From contig OY760937.1 in assembly GCA_963664225.1 (NCBI GenBank), positions 672,001 to 736,000 on the forward strand: a DNA stretch of 64,000 nt, in the 5' to 3' direction. Within the stretch, counting starts at the first letter, position 1, and each line of letters opens with the position of its first letter. The position numbers were made by a program, and so were the translations under genes. The notes beneath the pieces were generated by a model. It did no database searches and was not told the origin of the DNA. It saw only the letters and a list, made by a program, of their open reading frames with translations. Source of the stretch: Verrucomicrobiia bacterium. Lineage in GTDB: Bacteria; Verrucomicrobiota; Verrucomicrobiia; Limisphaerales; UBA1319. Positions 9,406-19,757 of this stretch are shown in pieces.

Positions 9406-10254
9406 TCAGTGAATCGAGGCGGCCTGGGATTTAAAGTATTCGGTGTAATTCAATGCCTCTTTCGGGAGCAAGTGCAAACCATCCGTCGTCCGATATTCGC
9501 TGCAATCCGGGAGCGCGATATATTTATATTTTGTGGCGGGAAAATAGCGGTAAAACGTTTCGCGAATTATTTTTGGTTTTGGCAAATTGCACAGCCTCGC
9601 ATGGATCGGCATTTCAAAGAACACGACCTGGACGCCTTTTGATTCCAGCTCATTCACACGCCTCCGGATGCTTTCAAAGCGCGAGACAAGCAATTCATCG
9701 GCGGGATTTTCCGAAAACTGTTCGATTTGGCGCGCCAAAATTGTTTCAAAGAACGCGGGATCGAGGACAGTGTCAGCGGCGCCGGACGGCCTCGAGGATT
9801 TTATTTGTTCGAGGAATTTGCGGAATATTCCAGCCGGCTGGTTTTCAGCCCGCAGAGAAGGGAAAACGCGGCGGCAGTCATAAAGGATGGGCGAAAACAA
9901 GGCAGAGGCAAAACCAGAGGACTCTGCCCGCAAAGGCATGTTCATCTCCACATAAACATTCTTTGGCAGAGTTCTGGCGTGAGTGAGGATGCTCAAACCG
10001 TCGTGAATGCTTAAGCCGCCAAAGGAAAGGTTATAGAATCCGGGGAGATTGGTGTTGACCAGGCGGAACGACAGGGAAGATCCCACGATCACATTCTGAA
10101 TGGGATCGCCTTCATGATAAAGCAAGGTTTGCGCCTTGATGACATTGGCCTGCCATTGGTTTTGAGCGGCGTATTCAGGATGCGGGGAGCCTCGAAATAA
10201 AACGGCGTGCAACAAAAGGAACACCAGAGCGGCAATCAGGGCTTTCTTGATCAT
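9406..10254 (-). CDS. Membrane-anchored SGNH-like protein, probable acyltransferase partner (AlgJ/DltD-like role)
   Basis: N-terminal TM helix, VIVGSS (GxS nucleophile-like) and C-terminal DGLH (DxxH). Lies directly downstream of the MBOAT gene. Confidence 0.6.
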   Translation of the reverse strand: MIKKALIAALVFLLLHAVLFRGSPHPEYAAQNQWQANVIKAQTLLYHEGDPIQNVIVGSSLSFRLVNTNLPGFYNLSFGGLSIHDGLSILTHARTLPKNVYVEMNMPLRAESSGFASALFSPILYDCRRVFPSLRAENQPAGIFRKFLEQIKSSRPSGAADTVLDPAFFETILARQIEQFSENPADELLVSRFESIRRRVNELESKGVQVVFFEMPIHARLCNLPKPKIIRETFYRYFPATKYKYIALPDCSEYRTTDGLHLLPKEALNYTEYFKSQAASIH

Positions 10255-10266
10255 GGTGTAAGGCTC

Positions 10267-11670
10267 TTAGAATTGAAAATAAATAAAGGTCCCCGGCGAC
10301 CCGCTGTTGGTGACGATCATAAAGATCATGAATCCGTATGCCACGTAATCCAGGTCCCGGAACTTCTGAAAGCCTCCTCGCTGTTTAATCAGGTAAAGGG
10401 CATGGTAAGCCACCACGGGAAACGAATAGATCAGCAAATACATGTTGAGGCCGGCGTCCAATCCGCCGCGATTGGCGACAATGGCTTTCATGTATCCGAT
10501 GACGTGGTGGAACTCAGGCAGTTTGAACAAGAGCCATCCGAGGGTGACGAAGGAAAAAACCATGAGACCCTTGAGAATCATGAGACATCGGTTGTTGCCA
10601 ATGGTGATTCGTTTGCCCAAAAACCTTTCCACAGCCAATGCCAATCCATGAAACCCTCCCCAGACCGCATAGCTCCAGGCCGCTCCGTGCCACAACCCTC
10701 CCAGAAACATCGTAATCATCAAATTAATATACGTTCTCGCGCGGCCTTTGCGGTTACCGCCCAGCGGAATATAAAGGTATTCCATGAGAAAAGTGGACAA
10801 GGAGATGTGCCAGCGTTTCCAAAAATCCTTAAAGGAAGTCGCGATGTAAGGGAAATTAAAGTTGTCCTTGAAGTGGTATCCAAACAACCCTGCCAATCCG
10901 ATTGCAATCAGGGAGTAGCCGGCAAAATCCGCAAAAATCTGGCAGGAATAGCCAAAGAGCATGTTCACCAAGGTCAGAGTGGAGCTGGCTTCGAAATACG
11001 GAAACGCAATCCCAATGGTGTGTTCCTTGAGGTTATCGGCGACCACCATTTTAAGAAAATATCCAAGGACCAGGGACTTGAAACAGCTTTTCCACTTAAT
11101 ATCTTTAAGGGTTTTGACACCAATCTGGGGCAGGAACTCGTGCGCCTTGACAATGGGCCCCGAGATGAGCTGCGGGAAAAATCCTTTGAACAACATGATC
11201 TGTTTTGCATGCTCCACGAACGAGATGGGGACAACGTCTTTGCCCTTGAGATGCTTCTCTTTGAAGACGTCAATGACCAGACTGATGCCTTGAAAAGTGA
11301 AAAACGAGATGCCAATGGGCAATGGAATGGTGACCAGGAATTCCCCGATGGAGCTGGTTTCTTTAAAGAAGGTTCTGGCAAAGAGAGGGCCGTATTTGAA
11401 AAACGACAACACCGCCAGATTTAGGAGGACGCCCAAAGATGCAAAGATCCTCCTGTGCTCGACAGGACCATGGACGATGTAGTAGCTGGATATGATGTTT
11501 ATTCCCACCGAGAATAGCAGCAACAGCACCAAAACCGGCTGGTTATAGGCATAAAAGACCAGGCTCGATACAATAAGAACGGGAATCTGAAGCTTTACCA
11601 GTTGTGGCAGGTAATATGCGACCCATGTGACGATCAATAATGCAATAAATGCGAAGCTGTTAAATAACAT
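10267..11670 (-). CDS. MBOAT family O-acyltransferase (AlgI/DltB-like)
   Basis: LPIGISFFTFQ, DFAGYS, FWKRWHISLS and GLWHGA motifs. Confidence 0.93.
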   Translation of the reverse strand: MLFNSFAFIALLIVTWVAYYLPQLVKLQIPVLIVSSLVFYAYNQPVLVLLLLFSVGINIISSYYIVHGPVEHRRIFASLGVLLNLAVLSFFKYGPLFARTFFKETSSIGEFLVTIPLPIGISFFTFQGISLVIDVFKEKHLKGKDVVPISFVEHAKQIMLFKGFFPQLISGPIVKAHEFLPQIGVKTLKDIKWKSCFKSLVLGYFLKMVVADNLKEHTIGIAFPYFEASSTLTLVNMLFGYSCQIFADFAGYSLIAIGLAGLFGYHFKDNFNFPYIATSFKDFWKRWHISLSTFLMEYLYIPLGGNRKGRARTYINLMITMFLGGLWHGAAWSYAVWGGFHGLALAVERFLGKRITIGNNRCLMILKGLMVFSFVTLGWLLFKLPEFHHVIGYMKAIVANRGGLDAGLNMYLLIYSFPVVAYHALYLIKQRGGFQKFRDLDYVAYGFMIFMIVTNSGSPGTFIYFQF

Positions 11671-12137
11671 GCGGATCGTTGGTTGCCTTATTGGACGTCA
11701 AGAGGAGCCATGTCGTTGTCTTGATGACGCGTGATCCGCTGGCAAGGTTTTGTGGTTAATCCTTTGCGGCGATCTGAGCGTGTCGGAAAATTCAACATTT
11801 ACGATTATTTTTATGCATGGACGGGAGTTGACAAGTTAAAATGATCAAAATGAGAATGGATGGAGCGCATTCTCCGGGGAGGATTCAAGGGATGAGTCGA
11901 TTTTCGGCCGATTTCCGGGGTATTTGAGACCGTGATCAACGTGAAGGCAAAGAAACGTGGATTGTCGTGCGCTTGAAACTGTTGGCTTCAATATTTTTCG
12001 ATATCGATAATAAAGAGGTGATTTAACATAGATCTGAAAACATCCGAATGTTCGCATTGCTCTGATATCCCAGGTGAGAACGGGATCTTCCGCGAAAGCC
12101 ATTTAAGTAAACGCGCCGTTTGCCGATAACATCTGGG

Positions 12138-12968
12138 ATGTCTGTAAAGAAAATGCTCGAGCGTGGAATCCTAGTCCTCCTGGCGATGTGCCTGTGGGGC
12201 ATGCCGGGCGCATTTGCCGACGAATGTCAGGAAAACGCGACGGCGTACACCACGGGTTCGGATGCGATGGTCAGGTTGGGGATTACGCTGCAACAAAATC
12301 TGCCTCCCGAGTATCGATCTCAAGTGAATATCCAACCCGTGAATATCACCCCGGATGTCATCCCAATTGTCAGACTGGATGAGGTGGTCAATCCGAACAC
12401 AGCCCAGAGGATGGCTTGTGTGCATGTGTCGAGCGGATTTGTGGATCTAGTCAACAATGTGGCGCACGCAAAGGCAATCGACAGAATTGAAAGGGGCTAT
12501 TTCAAAGATTACATTTTGAGCCTGTCCAGGGAGAACGGGGACAGGCCTCTTCAGCCTCTTCCGAGGATATCCGATCCCCGATTCTGGACGGATCGGATGA
12601 TGAACGAACAGCAGAGCAATTTCAATCAGATCGTGGGCGGTGTCATTGGCTCCAAGCTGGCGCTTTATTACCTGGGGCATTATCAAAAACACAGGGGTCA
12701 ACTGCAATTGGGCGAGAGGAATGGTAAGCCTTTGCCGATCAATACGGTTTTGACGCTTGATGATTGGGATGACGCCCTGCAGCACGGTGTCAACAACGCG
12801 TTAAGCTGCGGCTATGGAGTGGAGGGGATAAAGGCTTTTTTCGAGTGCATTGGAAAGATGCCGTCACGCCCCGGATGGACGCTTTACTTTTTGCCGGCGG
12901 CTGTTAATGTCGCGAAAGCAAATAAGGAAATGGAGAAGCTGGAGAAGAAGTTTTTCGGTCACAGTTAG
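12138..12968 (+). CDS. Exported hypothetical protein, possibly a degenerate M48-peptidase-like fold
   Basis: Signal peptide. VHVSSGFVDLV, GSKLALYYLGH and CGYGVEGIKAFFE resemble M48 segments, but there is no HExxH. Confidence 0.45.
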   Translation: MSVKKMLERGILVLLAMCLWGMPGAFADECQENATAYTTGSDAMVRLGITLQQNLPPEYRSQVNIQPVNITPDVIPIVRLDEVVNPNTAQRMACVHVSSGFVDLVNNVAHAKAIDRIERGYFKDYILSLSRENGDRPLQPLPRISDPRFWTDRMMNEQQSNFNQIVGGVIGSKLALYYLGHYQKHRGQLQLGERNGKPLPINTVLTLDDWDDALQHGVNNALSCGYGVEGIKAFFECIGKMPSRPGWTLYFLPAAVNVAKANKEMEKLEKKFFGHS

Positions 12969-13070
12969 TTTTTCCGTTTCCGCGGTGCGGCCCGGCTTCC
13001 GCAGCCAGGAACCGCTTATATTCGGTCGGTTTAATTCTGTTTCTGCTAATTGGCAGAGGTATCATCACCT

Positions 13071-15359
13071 ATGAAAATGATAACGCGCGTGATCGGGATT
13101 CTGGCCACGGTGGGATTTGCCGCGAGCCTGTGTGGCGCTCAAATTAGTCTGGCGCCTGCTGTTTTAACCAATGACTTCACCGGGTCCATAAAGATGGACA
13201 TCACAGATTTGAATGTGGGAGAATCGGTGGTGGTGGAGCGGTTCATCGATTTCAACGGGAACGGGGTGGTCGATGCGGAGGACGTCCCGCTCCAAAGTTT
13301 TTCGCTGGCCGACGATGTCGCGCCTTCCATTGGGGGCGTGCGCAATCCCAACCTTCCGGGCGATGAGGACGGCGGGATTCCAAGACAGATTCGCTCCGTG
13401 ATGAATATGCGGCTTTCGGAGCTGGATTTCATGAGCGGAACCTTTCTAATGCGGCTCTCCAGCCCCACCCATGCGTTTTTACCGGTGGCGCAACCATTGA
13501 CCGTATTTTCCCGGCCGGCCGGCCAACTCATTGTCGGCAATGTGATGACGAGCGGAGGCGTGCTCTCATCCAACGCATGGATCATCGCGCAGGATCCAAA
13601 CACGGGAGAATTGATTGCCGGCGCGCCCGCAGGTTCCACGGGCGGTTTTTTGCTCAAGGCGCCCGCCGGAGTCTGGCGACTGCTGGCGCTGAAGGCGGGT
13701 TACGTGGCGCAAACGCCGCCAATGGTGGCGCTACAGGCGGTATCGGTCGTGACGACCAATCTGGTGTTGACGCCAGGCTCGGTCAAAGTTTCGGGAGTGT
13801 TGCATGAAAAGGGAACGAATACCGGCCTGCCCGCGGTTTCCATGATGCTCCGTTCCGACACCGGCGCGCAGACTGTGGCCTATACCGATGCGGACGGACA
13901 TTTCGAATGCTCCGTGACCCCGGGGCAGTGGACCATCACGCCGAATCTCAAATCGCTCACTGTGCTCGGGTATGTGGGTTCCAGCGAGGCATGGAAGTTC
14001 GATGGCACAACAGGGGATGTGACCAATCTGGATTATGCGCTGCCGAGAGTCACCGCATTGTTGTATGGACGGGTGAAGAATACGATCAACCGCAACATCG
14101 CCGACCTGGAACTGGTGGCTGATACGACCAATTCATTGGCTGCCGCCGTGGCCTACACGGATCCCTATGGGACATTCTTCCTCGGGTTGGCCGAAGGGGC
14201 GTGGTACATTGCACCATACGAAGTGGACATGAGCGAGAGGGGGTTATTTGGGGCGGGGCAGACGGTCACTTTGGCGAGCGGCGAGGCGCAGGTGCTCAAT
14301 CTGACGTTCACGCAGGGTGGATCTCATATTCGCGGGCAGGTGATGGACGGGAATGGGGATCCGGTGAGCGGCCTGAAAGTGGAGGGTTGGAATTTTGGCG
14401 ATGCAACGGCGCATGCGTACACGGACATCGAAGGGGCTTTTGATCTTCATGTCAAGGCCGGGCAGTGGTTTGTCAGCGTTGCCGACACCGGGGCATCCTT
14501 AGATGAACTGGCGGCGGATGGCGCTCTGGTCCAAGTGGCCGATGGGGATGATTTCGGAGGGATCCTTTTGACAGCCGTTCCCGTTATCGGGCATTTGACG
14601 GGTCGATTTGTCGATTCATTGGGCGGCGCGATCACCAATATGCCGTTTGTGGCGACCAATGGATTGGGAATGTTCCTCCTCCAGATTCCGGGGGCGGATG
14701 GAGAATTCGATTTTGCGGTGTCTTCAGGCCATTGGACCGTGCAGCTTGAAACGTCCGGCGCCCTGGCCGGCGGTTTGCTCTCGCCCCAGTTGATTTGGGC
14801 CATAACCAATGCGGATGGCGTTTCCAACGTGGTTTGTGTGGCGCAGAAAACGACGACCACGCTTTCGATCACTGTGGTGGCGGATGGTCAAACGCCGGTT
14901 GCGGCCCTGCCGGTGTTCGCGGATGCGGACGTCAGCGGCACCAATTACCATCAGGAGATTCTAACGGGAGCGGACGGGTCGGCCACGGTGTCCGTTTTCG
15001 ATGGGGTGTGGGATGTGACTTTATTGGCGACTGCGCTTGAGCAGTTGAACTATAAACCGGCTCCGGCTCAGGAGGTCACCATCAACGGCGGGCCGGGCAC
15101 AGTCAGTTTCGCGCTAAAAACGCAGGGCCCCACCATCTCACCAAGCCTCATATCCCTTGGTTTTCAAACCCTGGGCTACGAAATGGCCATCGCCGGCGAA
15201 CCCCATAGAACATACCGGATCGATGGTTCGACCAATCTGACAGAGTGGTTCGAAGTGGGCCGTGTTCTTACGACAAACGATCAAGTCATCAGCCATTTCG
15301 TCGATTCGACGGCAGACTTCCAAGGCCAGAAGTTCTATCGCATCGTGGTTGAAAAATGA
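13071..15359 (+). CDS. Secreted protein with repeated carboxypeptidase-regulatory-like beta-sandwich domains and a C-terminal STNL/FYR domain
   Basis: Signal peptide. Repeats of G.V....AYTD..G.F....G.W. Ends YRIDGSTNLTEW...KFYRIVVEK. Confidence 0.7.
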   Translation: MKMITRVIGILATVGFAASLCGAQISLAPAVLTNDFTGSIKMDITDLNVGESVVVERFIDFNGNGVVDAEDVPLQSFSLADDVAPSIGGVRNPNLPGDEDGGIPRQIRSVMNMRLSELDFMSGTFLMRLSSPTHAFLPVAQPLTVFSRPAGQLIVGNVMTSGGVLSSNAWIIAQDPNTGELIAGAPAGSTGGFLLKAPAGVWRLLALKAGYVAQTPPMVALQAVSVVTTNLVLTPGSVKVSGVLHEKGTNTGLPAVSMMLRSDTGAQTVAYTDADGHFECSVTPGQWTITPNLKSLTVLGYVGSSEAWKFDGTTGDVTNLDYALPRVTALLYGRVKNTINRNIADLELVADTTNSLAAAVAYTDPYGTFFLGLAEGAWYIAPYEVDMSERGLFGAGQTVTLASGEAQVLNLTFTQGGSHIRGQVMDGNGDPVSGLKVEGWNFGDATAHAYTDIEGAFDLHVKAGQWFVSVADTGASLDELAADGALVQVADGDDFGGILLTAVPVIGHLTGRFVDSLGGAITNMPFVATNGLGMFLLQIPGADGEFDFAVSSGHWTVQLETSGALAGGLLSPQLIWAITNADGVSNVVCVAQKTTTTLSITVVADGQTPVAALPVFADADVSGTNYHQEILTGADGSATVSVFDGVWDVTLLATALEQLNYKPAPAQEVTINGGPGTVSFALKTQGPTISPSLISLGFQTLGYEMAIAGEPHRTYRIDGSTNLTEWFEVGRVLTTNDQVISHFVDSTADFQGQKFYRIVVEK

Positions 15360-15488
15360 CGCGTCGATTTCATTAATCCTTTTGGCGAACCGCAGTCAAG
15401 GCGCTGGTAAAACAGCGCCTTCGCTGTCTGGTTGAATTGGGGTGGGGAAGACCTCCAAGTCGTCTGTGTGGCCGAAATTGGCGCAAAA

Positions 15489-16478
15489 TCAAGGCTGACG
15501 ATAGATGTGTTTCCACTGGAGGCGACAGGCATCGACCACTTCCATGACGGCCAGCGTGTCGTCGAGAGGCATGAGAGGACATTCCAAAAGTCCTTCCTGC
15601 AGACATCGCATGACTTCGGCGATTTCAAATTGATAACCCAGGCCGGGGTAGGGATGTGATAGGACCCGTGGTTCCTTGCCGTGGTATATCAGGGAAAGGG
15701 TGTGGGGTTTCCAGCAAGGCTCGTGGATGCGGATGCGGCCTGTGGTGCCGATGATGTCCGCTTCCTTGAAGGTGTGGAGCATGACGGAGCAGTTGCATGT
15801 GGCCAGTTCGCCTCCGCCAAATTGCATGAGAATGGCCAGCGCCTCGTCCACGCCCGTTGTGCCGATGCCGGCGAAACTGCTCACGCGGTCGGCGCGTCCA
15901 AAGAGCATGTTGGCCAGGGCGATGGCATAAACGCCCACGTCCATGAGCGTGCCGCCACCCAGTGCGGGATTGAGCAGGCGGCCTTGCGGACTCGGATCGC
16001 CTGCATATCCGAAATTCACGTTGATCATGCGGGTCTGGCCAATCGCACCCTCCTGAATCAAACGCATCATTTCCCGGATGGCCGGGAAGAAGCGCGTCCA
16101 CATGGCCTCCATGAGAAAGAGCTTGCGTTCCCGTGCCAAATCAATCATTTGACGCGCCTCCGTGGCGTTCAATGCAAAGGGTTTTTCGCAAAGCACCGGC
16201 TTGCCTGCGTTGAGGCAGAGGTAAACACAGGGGCAGTGCCGGGGATTGCGCGTGGCCACATAGATGATGTCCACGTCCGGACAGGCGGCCAGGTCTTCGT
16301 AGGAGCCAAAGGCCTTTGCGCCGGAATAGGGCTTAACCACCGCTTCAGCGCGTTGCAGGGAGAGTGATCCCACTGCGGTCAAACGCGCGCCGGGTAGGCG
16401 CGGCAGATCGGAGGCAAATTTTGCGGCCATCTGGCCCGCTCCCATGATTCCCCAGCGAATTTCCCGAGGTGTTTTCAT
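15489..16478 (-). CDS. Gfo/Idh/MocA family oxidoreductase
   Basis: WGIMGAG, VLCEKP, MEAMWTRF and GGTLMDVGVY motifs. Confidence 0.9.
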   Translation of the reverse strand: MKTPREIRWGIMGAGQMAAKFASDLPRLPGARLTAVGSLSLQRAEAVVKPYSGAKAFGSYEDLAACPDVDIIYVATRNPRHCPCVYLCLNAGKPVLCEKPFALNATEARQMIDLARERKLFLMEAMWTRFFPAIREMMRLIQEGAIGQTRMINVNFGYAGDPSPQGRLLNPALGGGTLMDVGVYAIALANMLFGRADRVSSFAGIGTTGVDEALAILMQFGGGELATCNCSVMLHTFKEADIIGTTGRIRIHEPCWKPHTLSLIYHGKEPRVLSHPYPGLGYQFEIAEVMRCLQEGLLECPLMPLDDTLAVMEVVDACRLQWKHIYRQP

Positions 16479-16502
16479 CCTAAAAAAGTCTTTGAACTTA
16501 AC

Positions 16503-16529
16503 CGCAAAGAGCGCAAAGAACTCAAAGAA
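16503..16529. repeat. 3 x 9-bp direct repeat
   Basis: CGCAAAGAG-CGCAAAGAA-CTCAAAGAA, intergenic. Confidence 0.65.
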
Positions 16530-16655
16530 AACGAGTCACAGTTCTTGCCGGTGGTGAAAGAGTGTCACCCGCCAGGCTGGCTTTGTGGTTAATAATCCGT
16601 GCGTTTCAGTTCCATAAAGCGAGAGCGGATCCAACCATTCTCCGCAACGAAACGA

Positions 16656-17456
16656 TCAGACCGATTTAACGGCTTGGGACAGTTCTCCGACAAAGGCGGC
16701 CACTTTTTCCACCATGTCCGCATTGGCACCGCCCTGGGCAATCCGGTTGACCACGGCGCTGCCGACAACGACCGCGTCGGCGCTGGCGGCGACCACCCGG
16801 GCCTGTTCGGGTGAGGACACGCCAAACCCCACCGCAATGGGCAGGGGAGTATGGGCGCGAATCCGGGTGATCATGGAGCCAATGTCTGCGGAGACGCTGG
16901 CCTGCATTCCCGTGACACCCTCGCGGGAGACGTAATAGAGGAAGCCCGCGGCATGGCGGACAATGGCGTCGATGCGCGAGTCCGGCGTGGTGGGTGCGAT
17001 GAGGAATATGGGGCACAATTGGGAAGCGCTCATCCATTCCACGTATTGGGTGGATTCCTCAGGCGGCAAATCGAGAATCAGCAGGCCATCGACTCCCGCT
17101 TTGGCGGCGCGTTCGATGAACTGTTGCGGACCGAAGTGATGGATCAGATTATAATAGACGTAAAGAACGATCGGGATTTGGGATTGCGCGCGGATCTGGG
17201 TCACACAATCGAGAATCCCGGCCGGAGTCGTGCCGGACGCCAGGCCGCGTTGGGCGGCCAATTGATTGACCAGCCCGTCGGCGAGGGGATCGCTGAAGGG
17301 GACGCCCAATTCGAGCACGTCCGCGCCCGCCTTGTCCATGGCAAGGGCGAGCCTGCGGGTGTGTTCGAGGTCGGGATCCCCGGCGCCGATATAAATGACC
17401 AATCCTTTGCGCTTGTTTTTGGCCAGTCGCGCGAAACGTTCCTGGATGCGGTTCAT
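16656..17456 (-). CDS. trpA: Tryptophan synthase alpha chain
   Basis: [17 protein letters not shown] and VGFGVS motifs. Confidence 0.96.
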   Translation of the reverse strand: MNRIQERFARLAKNKRKGLVIYIGAGDPDLEHTRRLALAMDKAGADVLELGVPFSDPLADGLVNQLAAQRGLASGTTPAGILDCVTQIRAQSQIPIVLYVYYNLIHHFGPQQFIERAAKAGVDGLLILDLPPEESTQYVEWMSASQLCPIFLIAPTTPDSRIDAIVRHAAGFLYYVSREGVTGMQASVSADIGSMITRIRAHTPLPIAVGFGVSSPEQARVVAASADAVVVGSAVVNRIAQGGANADMVEKVAAFVGELSQAVKSV

Positions 17457-19270
17457 TGCTCGTAGATCATATCCGAAACGGTGCCGCCGGCCTTGATGAA
17501 CGGAAGCACGTGTTCGCTATATGGCGTGGCCACATCGAGCAGGAACGGCCCCTTGCAATCGAGCATTCGCTGCATTGCGGCCTTGAGGTCCTTTCGGAAG
17601 ATGACCCGTTCACAATCGACGTTAAAGCCTTTGGCAATGGCGACGAAGTCAGGGTAGATCTGGCTCTTCTTCAACGGATCTCCGAGGTAGGTATTGCCAC
17701 GATTACCCGCGTAAAAACGATCTTCCCATTGCATCACCATGCCCAAGTGCTGGTTGTTGAGGATGATGGCCTTGGCGCTGATTTTTTCGATGTGGGCGGT
17801 CGCCAGTTCCTGGATGTTCATGAGGAAGGAGCCATCGCCATCGATATCGACGACCTGTTTGTCGGGACAGGCCACCTTGGCGCCGAGGGCGGCCGGATAG
17901 CCAAAGCCCATGGAACCGAGTCCGGCGCTGGTGAGGAAGCGGCGGGGCTTGTCGAATTTGTAATACTGTCCGGCCCACATCTGGTGCTGGCCCACGCCGG
18001 TGGTGATGATGGCATCGCCGCCGGTCAATTCGTAGAGCATTTCGATGACCATTTGCGGCATGATGATCTGGCTGGCGTCGCCGCCCATGAGTTCGCGGAC
18101 GTGCTGGGACTTGAGCACTTCGTCGGTGACGTGGTAACGCAACGCGCCCTTGATTTTCCACTCTGCGATCTGCTTGTTCCATGCTGAAAAATCGCTTGTC
18201 ACGGGATGGTCCTTCAACAAGGCGTTCAGACGATGAAGGGCGTGCAAAATATCCCCGACCACCGGGAGGTTGGCGGGTTTGTTTTTGTTGATTTCCGAGG
18301 GATCGACATCGACATGGACAATGGTGCCATGCTCGCAAAACTTTTTGACGTTGCCTGTGACCCGGTCATCGAAACGAACGCCAAAGGCCAGGAGCAGGTC
18401 GGCTTTTTCCACGGCCCAATTGGCATAGGGGGTGCCGTGCATGCCCAGCCATTTGAGGGAGAGGGAATTGGTTTCCGGGAAGGCGCCGCAGCCCATGAGG
18501 GTGCTCGTCACGGGGATATGGGTGGCTTCCGCGAATTTGCGCAATTCCTGGCTGGCGCCGCTGCTGATGATGCCGCCGCCGACATAGAGGACGGGGCGCT
18601 CGGCTTTGTTAATGGCCGCGAGGATGTCCAACAAGGCGGAGTCGCTGGCCTCGCGTTTTGGACTGTAGCCGCGCAGGGTGATTTCATCGGAAAAGACCGG
18701 GGCTACGCGGGTCTGCTGGACGTTTTTGGGAATATCGATGAGCACCGGGCCGGGGCGTCCGCTGCTGGCAACGAAAAAAGCCTCTTTGACGATGCGCGCC
18801 AGGTCGTTGGCGTCGGTCACCAGGTAGCTGTGTTTGACCACAGGCAGGGTCATTCCGAAAATATCGGTTTCCTGAAAGGCGTTTTTGCCGATCATGGCCT
18901 GGGCGACCTGCCCGGTGATGGCGACCAGAGGAATGGAGTCCATGTAGGCATCCGCGATGCCGGTGACCAGGTTGGTGGCTCCGGGGCCGCTGGTGGCCAT
19001 GCAAACGCCGACCTTGCCGGAGGCGCGGGCGTAACCTTCCGCAGCGAAAACCCCACCTTGTTCGTGGCGGGGGAGAACCGTGCGGATTTTTTTGGATTTG
19101 GTCAGCGCCTGGTGGATTTCCATGCTGGCGCCGCCCGGATAAGCAAAAATGGTATCAACCCCTTCGCGCTCGAGGGCTGCAACGAGAATTTCGCTGCCCA
19201 GCATTGTGCTCACTGCATTCTTTGCGTCCACGTTTTTTTGCGGTTCCTGCGTTCCAGTCATCTTGCTCAT
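17453..19270 (-). CDS. ilvB: Acetolactate synthase large subunit, biosynthetic type
   Basis: [21 protein letters not shown] and the TPP motif GDGSFLMN. Confidence 0.95.
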   Translation of the reverse strand: MSKMTGTQEPQKNVDAKNAVSTMLGSEILVAALEREGVDTIFAYPGGASMEIHQALTKSKKIRTVLPRHEQGGVFAAEGYARASGKVGVCMATSGPGATNLVTGIADAYMDSIPLVAITGQVAQAMIGKNAFQETDIFGMTLPVVKHSYLVTDANDLARIVKEAFFVASSGRPGPVLIDIPKNVQQTRVAPVFSDEITLRGYSPKREASDSALLDILAAINKAERPVLYVGGGIISSGASQELRKFAEATHIPVTSTLMGCGAFPETNSLSLKWLGMHGTPYANWAVEKADLLLAFGVRFDDRVTGNVKKFCEHGTIVHVDVDPSEINKNKPANLPVVGDILHALHRLNALLKDHPVTSDFSAWNKQIAEWKIKGALRYHVTDEVLKSQHVRELMGGDASQIIMPQMVIEMLYELTGGDAIITTGVGQHQMWAGQYYKFDKPRRFLTSAGLGSMGFGYPAALGAKVACPDKQVVDIDGDGSFLMNIQELATAHIEKISAKAIILNNQHLGMVMQWEDRFYAGNRGNTYLGDPLKKSQIYPDFVAIAKGFNVDCERVIFRKDLKAAMQRMLDCKGPFLLDVATPYSEHVLPFIKAGGTVSDMIYEQ

Positions 19271-19305
19271 ATCAGCCTTGGGTCGGACGGCCTGGACGGA
19301 GCGTG

Positions 19306-19373
19306 AAAAGACCACGACCGCCGGCAGCCGTGGATTGCATCAAGACAGCGTTCTGTCTAATGAATCCGTGCGG
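19306..19373 (-). promoter_or_regulatory. Putative transcription attenuator (terminator 19306-19333 with overlapping antiterminator 19332-19367)
   Basis: Minus strand terminator CCACGGCTG-ccgg-CGGTCGTGG-TCTTTT. The alternative hairpin GGATTCATTAGACAG-aacg-CTGTCTTGATGCAATCC contains the leader stop codon and shares bases with the terminator 5' arm. Confidence 0.7.
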
Positions 19374-19416
19374 TGTCAGCGCATGCGACAACGACTACCA
19401 GCATTACCGCTTGCAT
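19357..19416 (-). CDS. Putative ilv leader peptide MQAVMLVVVVACADTARIH
   Basis: Run of Leu-Val-Val-Val-Val codons about 120 nt upstream of ilvB. An alternative in-frame ATG at 19470 adds more Ile/Val codons. Confidence 0.7.
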   Translation of the reverse strand: MQAVMLVVVVACADTARIH

Positions 19417-19757
19417 TAGACAACAAATCACGATTGGAACGTAACGAACGATGGCCCGGTGGTCAAGCATTCCCCCCACTGGTTTTTGGGTTACGAAGGG
19501 AAACGGCGGCCAGGCGGCCCTTGGGCGAGGGGATGGGGTCGGGATGCAACTGGCTTTGGCGGAGGGTTTTGATTGCAATCACAACAAGGGCGAGGTTCAC
19601 AAACAACTGGTTAAAATGAATTTTCTTTGCAATTCAGCCATAGATGGTCTAGTTTGAAGTCAAGCAAAACAATGCAAGTTGCGTGACACTGGCAGGCCCA
19701 ATGGGATGAATGGGGTGAGCGGGCGCCCTGAATCGCAAACGAACAGGTTAGAATACT

